NCBI GenBank assembly: GCA_963681965.1
Contig: OY820579.1
Location: 1,671,379 to 1,735,378 of the forward strand
Direction of reading: 5' to 3'
Source of the DNA: a bacterium
GTDB taxonomy: Bacteria; Electryoneota; JAOADG01
DNA: 64,000 bases
A program made the translations under genes and the position numbers. The first letter of the stretch is position 1, and the number at the start of each line of letters is the position of its first letter. The notes below the pieces were generated by a model, which ran no database searches, was not told where the DNA came from, and was given only the letters and a program-made list of their open reading frames with translations. This document shows positions 1 to 8,125 of this stretch, piece by piece.

Positions 1-1800
1 TTTGATCGAGAGCGTTTCCTTAGGAGTGTTAAAAAGATCATTAGAGGTACTTTCACTCTCCGAATAGACAGTAGATGTGACAAAGCCCGTTCCAGTTAAA
101 TCACGTTCACTTTCACCCGACCGAACCTCATTAGTTACCGAAATATATTGACGGGGGTATTCAATGGCGTGTAAGTAATCCTGCCAACTCCCTACGAAGG
201 TTCTATCCTCGTCTTCGATAATATCAGGTAATTCGATTTCTTCTTCTTCCTCCTCAAGTACTGGTTCGGGTGTAATGATTGAATCGTCAGTTTCCTCCAC
301 AGTTTCGGGATTCCCTTCGTCAAGGTCGAGTGTCTCGGTCGCTCCAACATTCTCTTTTACATAAGCGTCAATTACCTTCCAAAGCCACCCGTGGTTAAGT
401 TTCGGATGATCAACAACAACTAGACGTTCCTTTTCCTCCATATCTAAAGGAAACATTCGTCTCAGACCGCGCCCGATTACTTGTTGTCCGTATACCGGAG
501 AGGAAAACTTGCGTAACAAAGCAATCACTGACACCGATCGAACGTCCCAACCTTCGCGTAACATCAGTACACTAACTACAGCATCGTAATTATTCTCGTC
601 TTTCGGTGAACCGATTGTCATAGCGACACGTAATTCTTCCTTACGTTGTTCCGGGCTAATATCCGTTTCATCATCATCCTTTGAGGCAATGACAAAGGTA
701 TTCAAATGATGTTCCTCATCAAGGACTCGCTTTGCATTGTAAGCGTCTTTGATACTTACAGCGACCACAAAGAGAATCGGCTTGTATCTATCCTTTGCTC
801 TTAATTTTTGCTCTTCAAGCCGCCTTACCGCCAGTTCCAATTGTTGTCGGAGTGGTTTGGGACTGGTTACCCACTTTGTAGCAGGAATTCGTTTGGCTTC
901 AATTTCCTCCCACGGTATATCTTCCACTTTAACGACCGCTCCGGTTTCAGTATCGGTATAAGTCAGTTCCACAGTTTTTATATTCGGTTGACAAACATAA
1001 ATTGTCTTTACGATACCGTCTTTTACGGCTTGTTTTATCCCGTATTCATAGATCATGCGACTACGAGGGTTTTCTTTGTCGGCGCGGTCTGGAGTCGCTG
1101 TAGTATCTACCCGTAGAAATGTTTTACCGGATTGTGAAAGAGAGTCAAGCAGTTCATCATACTTAGGCGCTACAGTATTGTGAGCTTCGTCATTGAACAC
1201 AGCAATTCGCCCGGTGTGGTTCATAATGACTGCGAAATTCTCAGCGCCTTGGTCACTAGAGGTATAGAGTTGGTGAATGTTACAAAGGGTTATCGAAGCA
1301 TTTCGGATACCGGCACTACCTGAACCAGACTCCAATACATGGAGCACCATATCGTGAACAAAGTGAGCGTATTCCGGGGGAAAGAACTGGAACCGTTTCC
1401 ACACGGAATCGTCACGATCCGGTTTTTCAAAGTCCTGTCGGAGCCGTTCTCTAACTATAGTATTCGGAGTAATGACGAGGAAAGCTCGAATCTCGTGACA
1501 AACCCGCAAATACGCCATCAGCGCCGCTATGATTGCAGTTTTACCGCCTCCGGTTACCACATTGAGGAGTAAATCCTTCCACCCTCGATCAACAGGTTTC
1601 AGGAATTCGTTGGCGAAAACAGTTCGAAGGAACGCTTCGGATTGATGTTTCCACAGTATTGGATGGTCTGCTGTCGTTGTTTCCAAAGCTAGGTGAGACA
1701 GGAAATCACGGACAATATCCGAGGTTTCGGGAGTACGAAAGCCGGATGTTACCCATGCTTGATAAGTTCGTAAATGCGAAGCCGTGAAGCTATTAAACAA
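1..1800 (-). CDS. res: Type III restriction enzyme Res subunit (helicase-nuclease); partial, C-terminus beyond the window start
   Basis: I hand-translated the minus strand. The frame is open from ~1800 down to position 1. It shows helicase motif I VTGGGKTAI, motif II FNDEAHN (DEAH) and motif VI QQVIGRGLRR. The probable TTG start at ~1800 overlaps the mod stop (TAG 1810-1812), consistent with a translationally coupled mod-res pair. Confidence 0.8.
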   Translation of the reverse strand, partial: MFNSFTASHLRTYQAWVTSGFRTPETSDIVRDFLSHLALETTTADHPILWKHQSEAFLRTVFANEFLKPVDRGWKDLLLNVVTGGGKTAIIAALMAYLRVCHEIRAFLVITPNTIVRERLRQDFEKPDRDDSVWKRFQFFPPEYAHFVHDMVLHVLESGSGSAGIRNASITLCNIHQLYTSSDQGAENFAVIMNHTGRIAVFNDEAHNTVAPKYDELLDSLSQSGKTFLRVDTTATPDRADKENPRSRMIYEYGIKQAVKDGIVKTIYVCQPNIKTVELTYTDTETGAVVKVEDIPWEEIEAKRIPATKWVTSPKPLRQQLELAVRRLEEQKLRAKDRYKPILFVVAVSIKDAYNAKRVLDEEHHLNTFVIASKDDDETDISPEQRKEELRVAMTIGSPKDENNYDAVVSVLMLREGWDVRSVSVIALLRKFSSPVYGQQVIGRGLRRMFPLDMEEKERLVVVDHPKLNHGWLWKVIDAYVKENVGATETLDLDEGNPETVEETDDSIITPEPVLEEEEEEIELPDIIEDEDRTFVGSWQDYLHAIEYPRQYISVTNEVRSGESERDLTGTGFVTSTVYSESESTSNDLFNTPKETLSIK

Positions 1801-1809
1801 GGCAAACTC

Positions 1810-3948
1810 CTAGTGTACTTTGAGTACTTGGATTTTAATACCCTCACCACCAAGATCATCTTGAACCCGGCAAGCGATACTAACAGGTGTTCCGGGTTCC
1901 AGATCCTCGAAGGTGTATTCCACAGTCAGCTCACCTTCAAAGCCACGCTCACCTTTGCCTTTCTTTTCTTTCCGACAAAGTTGAAACCCTTGTGTCGCTG
2001 AGAAGATTCCACCTCGGAAATCAAAGTCCCATTGCACATTGATTATCTTACCACCCATAACCGAACGTGCCTCCGATACATCGAAGCGATATTTCATGGT
2101 GCTTAAACGGGTTACACCAATTCTGGGAATTTCTGGAGGCAAGATAAAACGGAAGAAATCCTTGTACTTATCGTGTTTTTTCGTGACATGCTTCTTTAGT
2201 TCTTCGCCATCCAAAGACCACAATTGAAGTTTGATGAACTGAATCGGTTTTTGTTTGCCCATTGCAACAAGTTTGTCGGCATAAGCCCGGGCACTCGGTA
2301 GAATAGTCCAACCAATCATAACAGCTTGCCGTTCTTCCTGTCTACGGCTTTTCATCACAGCGCTTGCAAAGCCCTTTACGTCATTTGCATTAATCGCGTC
2401 CGTTTCCTTTACTCCACCGATCCAGAGTAATTCTCTCCCTTTCACGCCATGAATATTCGAGTCGGAACCAGTCCACTTCCGAGCACCATAACAAGCTAGA
2501 ACAAACGCCCGGAATTCATCGTCACTCAGCTTTGTAAGTCGATCGATCTCGTAGATACCCCAATGCTCTACTGAGTAACCAGTATCCCGTAGGATTGAGG
2601 ATTCTACAGCTTTCTTCTTAGACGCCTCGACACTTGAAAGTGTAGGGTCTTCGATAATAAGACCTAATGGAGTAGAAAGTGTTTCTTCCTTCACTTTCTT
2701 TTTGGTTCGTTTTATATCTTGAAGTGAAGGAGCTAGAAGGCGTGCAATTCGGTCGGCAGTAAGAGCCACAGCCACACGGGATATATCACTTCCGATCCAA
2801 CGTCTCCCGAGTCGGTGAGCAACGGCGCAAGTTGCACCTCCGCCACAGAAGAAATCGGCAACAACATCATTTCTGTCTGTCGTTGCATTGATGATTCTTT
2901 CTAAGAGTTGCTCCGGTTTCTGAGTGGGGTAACCGATTTTTTCAATTGCTTGTGAATTTACTGGAGGTATGTCAATCCAGATCGATCCGACAGGAATCCC
3001 TTTAGATTCATCGAGATATCTTTTATAGGAAGGTTGACCATTTTTTGTAAATACTATACGACCATTTTTTAAGTATTCATCTATTGTCTCTTGTGTCCAC
3101 TGCCAATGTCTACCAGTGGGTGGGCTTAAAAGTTGACCATTAAACAATCTAGCTGTTCCTTGTCCCGCTGCAGTAGCATCACCTAATCGGAACCTACGAC
3201 CATCCGGATCTTCACCCGTATAATGACTATCAACATATTTTGAAGTATGTTCACTGTATTGAGGATTGTGTTTTGGCTGTTTCGAATTGGAGTATAAGAA
3301 AATTATATCGTGAATATTTGCGAATCTTCTAGCGTCGCCGTGGATTGAAACTCTTTGCCAAACGATCTCGGTTATGAAATTGTCGTAACCGAATATTTTA
3401 TCTAGTTCACATTTGACATAATGACTCGCATGCCAATCAAGATGAACGTAAATGCTTCCAGTTGATTTGAGAAGCCGTTTCATCTCGTAGAGACGTGTAT
3501 TCAACCAAATCAAGTAACCGGGCATTCCCCCTTCCCAGATATCCGAGAATGAACGAATTTCGTTTTTGTCGCCGAAAATGATATTGTAGTTTCGACCGGA
3601 AAAGAACGGAGGGTCAATGTAGATAAGATCGATGGACTCACTGGGAAGCATTCTCATGACATGAAGATTGTCACCAAAAAAGAGCCGGTTACGACCTTGA
3701 GGAAATAGTTCATTAACTTTACCGAGGCGCTCGGCTTGGGTTTTTACCACATCTACAACTTGAAAAGGGAGTTCGATACGGGGGTAGTGGTGCTCGAAGC
3801 GCCGTTCCGGGTCGTAACCAAGGGGTATCTCTGCAACTGGTACATGACCGAAGCGAGCCGGAATTTTGAAGAAACCTTTTTGTTCAGGTATCTCTACTGG
3901 TGAGATTATAGGTTGTTCCGGGACTTCATCATCTAGGGGAGCCGACAT
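1810..3948 (-). CDS. mod: Type III R-M N6-adenine (beta-class) DNA methyltransferase Mod
   Basis: Motif IV (IDLIYIDPPFFSGRNY) precedes motif I (VVADFFCGGGAT), the motif order found in Type III Mod methyltransferases. The likely true start is the ATG at 3948, which has an AGAGGT ribosome-binding site; the track ORF starts earlier at an upstream GTG/TTG. It sits immediately upstream of, and overlaps, res. Confidence 0.8.
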   Translation of the reverse strand: MSAPLDDEVPEQPIISPVEIPEQKGFFKIPARFGHVPVAEIPLGYDPERRFEHHYPRIELPFQVVDVVKTQAERLGKVNELFPQGRNRLFFGDNLHVMRMLPSESIDLIYIDPPFFSGRNYNIIFGDKNEIRSFSDIWEGGMPGYLIWLNTRLYEMKRLLKSTGSIYVHLDWHASHYVKCELDKIFGYDNFITEIVWQRVSIHGDARRFANIHDIIFLYSNSKQPKHNPQYSEHTSKYVDSHYTGEDPDGRRFRLGDATAAGQGTARLFNGQLLSPPTGRHWQWTQETIDEYLKNGRIVFTKNGQPSYKRYLDESKGIPVGSIWIDIPPVNSQAIEKIGYPTQKPEQLLERIINATTDRNDVVADFFCGGGATCAVAHRLGRRWIGSDISRVAVALTADRIARLLAPSLQDIKRTKKKVKEETLSTPLGLIIEDPTLSSVEASKKKAVESSILRDTGYSVEHWGIYEIDRLTKLSDDEFRAFVLACYGARKWTGSDSNIHGVKGRELLWIGGVKETDAINANDVKGFASAVMKSRRQEERQAVMIGWTILPSARAYADKLVAMGKQKPIQFIKLQLWSLDGEELKKHVTKKHDKYKDFFRFILPPEIPRIGVTRLSTMKYRFDVSEARSVMGGKIINVQWDFDFRGGIFSATQGFQLCRKEKKGKGERGFEGELTVEYTFEDLEPGTPVSIACRVQDDLGGEGIKIQVLKVH

Positions 3949-4069
3949 TTTTAACCTCTGTGGTCTATGATGAATCAATATACAATAGGTTTCTATTCGA
4001 TCCTTACAAACAAGTAACAATTTGTATTCTTCGCTTTATCAATCCCCCTACCCCTAAAATAATGCAATT

Positions 4070-4432
4070 CTAGTACCGACGGTACGAGCGGCGCGGGGGT
4101 TCTTTCACGCTAAATTCACGACCGGAAGCGATCAAGAATAATATTTTGCTAATGGTCGGATCATCGGAACGATTCGCGATCCGCTTGGTCATCCATTCTG
4201 GAAGTGTCCCTTTTATTCGACAGACCTTCAACTGGTTCAGGTTAATCGAACGGGATAACGAATCTATCAACCACACTGGACAATCACAGACACCACGTTC
4301 CACAGAAGAGATGAATTGCTGCGTTACTTCCAGCTTACGAGCGAGTTCGGCTTGAGTGTAACCGTGATCGATTCTCGCTTTCCGAATCTCTTTCCCGATA
4401 AGTTCCCGTGTCGTTTGATCCTCGGTATCCAT
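4070..4432 (-). CDS. XRE-family helix-turn-helix transcriptional regulator (controller-like)
   Basis: N-terminal HTH_3-like segment IRKARIDHGYTQAELARKLEVTQQFISSVERG. It lies between the primase and mod genes on the same strand. Confidence 0.7.
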   Translation of the reverse strand: MDTEDQTTRELIGKEIRKARIDHGYTQAELARKLEVTQQFISSVERGVCDCPVWLIDSLSRSINLNQLKVCRIKGTLPEWMTKRIANRSDDPTISKILFLIASGREFSVKEPPRRSYRRY

Positions 4433-4477
4433 GCTCTACCCCCTACCACAGTTGAAGTTCACCCTACCTAACAACCA

Positions 4478-4575
4478 ATGAAGGATGAAGGATTCTCGCC
4501 CGAATTTCATTAGCACTTTATATACCCATTTAAAAAATCCGATGAAAAATAGGTCTAAATCCATCATCCTTCACA
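4478..4575. promoter_or_regulatory. Pair of near-perfect 14-bp inverted repeats (GAAGGATGAAGGAT ... ATCCATCATCCTTC) ~70 bp apart, between the primase stop and the XRE start
   Basis: Read directly from the sequence. The reverse complement of the first copy matches the second with 1-2 mismatches. Candidate operator for the adjacent HTH regulator. Confidence 0.3.
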
Positions 4576-4582
4576 CTGCTTA

Positions 4583-6949
4583 TCAGGTTGACTGCTCCTC
4601 CGGTTTATTCAATGGTTTCAGTTGCAGACCCTTGAAGTAAATACCATCGGCTCTCTTGACCTTGGTGAACCCGTTGATCCTGACCAGACTCATCGAGAAT
4701 GATTTCGGAGATATGCAAATCTCACCTTCACCGTACTCAGACTTCCACCATTCTTGAAAAGCAGCAAATAGATCAGCATGAGATACAGATCCTTGTTCGA
4801 CGGTCTCACAGCATTCCTTCGTGAAACTGTAAACTTGATCGGTATCTTCCTGCCATGCCCGGGTAGCAAGTTGTACTTGTTCAGGCTCACTACCGAACCC
4901 CTTCTCGATGTGGTACTCATTCAATCCTTGAAGCGCCCACATGAGAACGCCATCCAACTCAGACTCGATGATTCTCTTGTCTAAGTCCATGATACGCTCT
5001 TGTTCAGGAATGTGAACCCGGAACGGAATCACTCTTGCTCGATCCCAATACGCTTCATCGGCATCTCGCAATCGTGGGAGTTTATTGGTAGCGAACCAGA
5101 CCTTGAACTGTGGTTTGAAGGTGAACTCGCGCTCATTCAGATTACGAGCATTGAGTGGATCGTTACCTGTTACTTGCTTGACAGCGTTCACACTCAACTG
5201 ATACCCTTCATCACATTCCGAGATGGTAACCAACCTTTTCCCATGGAGCATAGCTCGCTCTCGCTTCACTTCCAGATCTTTTCGATTGGAGGCAAAGGCT
5301 TCGAAACCGACACTCACACTGTAATCTCCAATGAGAGCCGAGATAACATTCAGGAAGGTAGATTTTCCTGTTGCCGTTTTATTGTCGAATACAAGCCACA
5401 GTTTTCGCTTGGGATTACCGCCCAAAAGCGTGTAACCGACACACTTCTGAACGTATCGAATCAGCTCTGAGTCATTGTTCAACGCATGCTTAATGAATCG
5501 TTCCCACTTTGGACACTTGGCAGAGGGATCATAGCTTCCATTGATACTCTTAGTGATATAATGTTCCCGGTCGAAATCTAATTGTACAAGCGTTCGAAGA
5601 TCGATTGTACAGTTTCGGCAAGTAAGCAGGTACTCAATCTTATCGAGTTCTTCCACATTGACAGAAATATCCTCAACGACTCTGCAACTCTTTTCAATGC
5701 TAGATAGACCAGAACTCTCGTAAGCTCGTGTGACTGATTCAAGCAGTTTCTTACGTGTAGATCCGGATAAACTGCAGTATTTGCCAATCGATGATTGAAC
5801 AAACAATCGCAGAGCAGAAAGTAGTACTACGTCTTCAACATGCTTCCACAGTTGACCTGTCCAGTGATACCATCGTCCTAGATTCGGTATAAATCGCCAA
5901 TCCTGACCATGCGCCCCAATAAAGGCATCGGCAAACCACGCAAGCGGTAACTTCGAGCATTCATCCCAAACCTTCGGATCACGCCATTTAACCTCTTGAA
6001 TCGATAGACTGGGCAAGGGAAAGTTCCCTCGATTACAAGCGCGCCTGATCGTTCGTTCCCGATAATCGCGACGTTCCCACTTATCAGCTCGGTACAATCC
6101 GGAAGCGTAAAAGACTTGCTCTACCCAAGCTGGATCGTCTTTGATTCTAAGTAGCTTCGAACAGAGAGCAAGATCGGCTCGGCTTTCATCGAAATCGTAA
6201 CGATCAGAGTTCCCTTCCCAGAGTTCGGTAAATATCTCATCCCGATCTATTGCACGTTGAATAATTCGCTCATCCTGTTCAGAGAGCTTGCGTGGTGTCG
6301 CTGTATTCACTTCTGAATGCCACTCTACCGACTCGACAATGCTCTCAGTGAAATACTTACTGTGGAGAGTGTCGATTGCCTCCTGACGGGATTCTAGCGT
6401 TTTCGGGGTTCCTTCGAGATGATTACCCGTTACAATAAAGAAACGACCGGTATCGTAGAACTCAATATCTTTGAAGCCGTATTCTTCCATTCCGTGTTTG
6501 TGACTAGTCTTCGTCAATTCACCCTTGACTAGAATGTGGAAACCCTTACCGCTCTTCGACCATTCAGTATAACTGTTGGCAGTCTTAATGATCTCCAGCG
6601 CTTCGGGGACGATCTCACCGGTATCATCCACGCACTTATCAAGATCGATACCGGTTATTCCACACTCTTTAGTAAAGACAAAGCCGATACCATCGAAACC
6701 ACCTTTTTCATAGGCTCTGAGTACTTCAGCATAAGGTTTCCACTTCGAAGGATCATTCACTTTTGCTTTGAAGCCGTTGATTTGATAGGGTGCTTTGTTT
6801 CTGTGGAGTACCCAGTTGGGTATCTGGGTAAGCTCTTGGGGAATTGGGAGTTGTTGAAAATCAGGTTGTTGTTGATATTTTTCAGAATTTTGGGGATCCC
6901 CTCTTGCTTTTGTAGGAGTATCCACCTTACTTTGTTTTAAGGTTTTCAT
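4583..6949 (-). CDS. Primase-helicase of phage/plasmid P4 type (primase-polymerase N-domain, PriCT-like middle, D5/P4 SF3 NTPase C-domain)
   Basis: 788 aa. Primase-polymerase catalytic region GIDLDKCVDD. P-loop FDNKTATGKSTFLNVI typical of the P4-alpha / D5_N primase C-terminal NTPase. Size matches P4 alpha (~777 aa). Confidence 0.8.
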   Translation of the reverse strand: MKTLKQSKVDTPTKARGDPQNSEKYQQQPDFQQLPIPQELTQIPNWVLHRNKAPYQINGFKAKVNDPSKWKPYAEVLRAYEKGGFDGIGFVFTKECGITGIDLDKCVDDTGEIVPEALEIIKTANSYTEWSKSGKGFHILVKGELTKTSHKHGMEEYGFKDIEFYDTGRFFIVTGNHLEGTPKTLESRQEAIDTLHSKYFTESIVESVEWHSEVNTATPRKLSEQDERIIQRAIDRDEIFTELWEGNSDRYDFDESRADLALCSKLLRIKDDPAWVEQVFYASGLYRADKWERRDYRERTIRRACNRGNFPLPSLSIQEVKWRDPKVWDECSKLPLAWFADAFIGAHGQDWRFIPNLGRWYHWTGQLWKHVEDVVLLSALRLFVQSSIGKYCSLSGSTRKKLLESVTRAYESSGLSSIEKSCRVVEDISVNVEELDKIEYLLTCRNCTIDLRTLVQLDFDREHYITKSINGSYDPSAKCPKWERFIKHALNNDSELIRYVQKCVGYTLLGGNPKRKLWLVFDNKTATGKSTFLNVISALIGDYSVSVGFEAFASNRKDLEVKRERAMLHGKRLVTISECDEGYQLSVNAVKQVTGNDPLNARNLNEREFTFKPQFKVWFATNKLPRLRDADEAYWDRARVIPFRVHIPEQERIMDLDKRIIESELDGVLMWALQGLNEYHIEKGFGSEPEQVQLATRAWQEDTDQVYSFTKECCETVEQGSVSHADLFAAFQEWWKSEYGEGEICISPKSFSMSLVRINGFTKVKRADGIYFKGLQLKPLNKPEEQST

Positions 6950-6959
6950 TAGAGTGCAC

Positions 6960-7330
6960 CTCTTTTAGATGACCTTGCGTATGCTCATGGTGTGACAGCA
7001 CTGTGAGCATTTTTTTCGGCTAATCCATTCGAATTGAATTACACCGAAACGAATTACTTTTGTCGATTCAACGACAATCCAAATATAAGGAATATATTTG
7101 GAAAATCCAATATATTATTTGCTTATAAAGTCAATTTTGAGTGATCGTATCGCTTTGAATTATAGTCGAATATAATATTCATATTGATATTAGGATTGGT
7201 TGTGAAAATTATTGATTGGCGCGGTCTATAGGTATCAATTGCAAGATCACAAACAGATTTTTGCACTAAATTGTGACTAGAAAAATACAACTCTTTTCTA
7301 CTGACTCTCGGAGAGTTTCCACGTTCAGAG
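6960..7330. other. AT-rich region with short direct repeats; candidate replication origin and/or promoter region of the mobile element
   Basis: Very AT-rich (under ~30% GC by eye). Repeated CGAATTAC, AATCCAAATATA / AATCCAATATAT and GAATTA motifs. It starts with a palindromic hairpin followed by a T-run at 6988-7020. It lies immediately upstream of the primase gene. Confidence 0.3.
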
Positions 7331-8030
7331 GTCAGTATTTATCGGGGTGTGTTCTTGTTCGAGTAATCTGACTATTGACAAACTATGCGATTTCCGGGGG
7401 GAGATCAAGTCACCAAGATACATCGGTAAGTTTGCATTTACTTTTCAAGATAATCGAACAATCGAGGAAGAGTATATCGGTGAATGGCGGGGATAGCTTT
7501 CTGTGTAAATTGGAAATGTATCATTTCATGTACGTTTGTAGAGAGGATTCGAAATGGGAGTAGTTAATTTTCTTTCCGATAAATCGGGACGTGTTTGGGC
7601 AGTACCCACCTCACCTGAAAAATCACCTTGGGTTCTTTCCGATCCCAAAGGTGGTAATTGGACTGAAGCACCTCGTTCCAAAGTACCAGAAAAGTTGGTT
7701 CCATTAGACTCTAGTGGTACAACTGAAGCAACACGTTCATTTGTAGCATACGGATTGCGTTCGTAAATGTCTTTCCATCCAGTTTCTGATCAAGGATAAT
7801 TTATTTGACCAAATTCTCGTTGAGTAAATTCTCGGTAATCGATACCCCAAAATGAATCCCAACCTCCCTCTTGACTTTGACTCGGGAATTTTCGAGATTA
7901 GTGCTAACGGTTCGCACCCAAAATTCATCGATACCGTTAGCAGTTGTCGCTAAAAAAATCTCTGGAAATCGTTAATTATCAGTAGCTAAGAGGGTGTATC
8001 AGCGCTGGCGAATCAAAGACTGTGGATCTG

Positions 8031-8061
8031 GAGGTCGAGGGTTCAAGTCTCTCCCCCAGTA
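8031..8061 (+). other. tRNA/tmRNA 3'-end-like fragment (T-arm plus acceptor 3' strand); possible att site remnant or 3' end of an unresolved structured RNA
   Basis: GAGGG-TTCAAGT-CTCTC folds as a T-arm with a canonical TTCAAGT loop, followed by CCCCAGT-A. I found no matching 5' acceptor strand or D/anticodon arms upstream. A GGATTCGAAATGGGAG motif at ~7535 resembles the tmRNA 5' D-loop analog, but I could not assemble a full tmRNA. Confidence 0.3.
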
Positions 8062-8065
8062 CGAA

Positions 8066-8102
8066 AAAACGGTATTCCCGATTTGGGGATACCGTTTTTT
8101 TT
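8066..8102. terminator. Bidirectional rho-independent terminator
   Basis: ACGGTATTCCC-GATTT-GGGGATACCGT stem-loop flanked by an A-run (5') and a T8 run (3'). Confidence 0.7.
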
Positions 8103-8125
8103 ATTAACTGCCGATATTGCCTCGA

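Larger units (their letters stand above)
1..8061. mobile_element. Putative integrative genomic island or satellite-like element (partial; the integrase, if any, is off-window) carrying a Type III R-M system
   Basis: GC looks lower than in the rest of the window. Cargo is Type III R-M, an XRE regulator, a P4-type primase and an AT-rich repeat region. The right end coincides with a tRNA 3'-half-like sequence (8031-8061), as expected for an attR formed by integration into a tRNA/tmRNA gene. Confidence 0.4.

Noticed and set aside
749-1572. Plus-strand ORFs 749-961, 808-1116 and 1339-1572
   Set aside because: They lie antisense to the long open res frame on the minus strand, which has clear DEAH helicase motifs. 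They are spurious.
7554-7766. 70-aa ORF (MGVVNFLSDKSGRVW...) as a small protein gene
   Set aside because: It overlaps hairpin-rich, repeat-containing sequence. It has no ribosome-binding site or signal peptide and low-complexity composition. It is more likely part of a noncoding RNA or att region.
7960-8061. Complete tRNA-His (GTG anticodon candidate at 8022-8024) ending at 8061
   Set aside because: The anticodon stem has only 3 bp. No D-arm or 5' acceptor strand complementary to CCCCAGT can be found. Only the T-arm plus 3' acceptor is tRNA-like.
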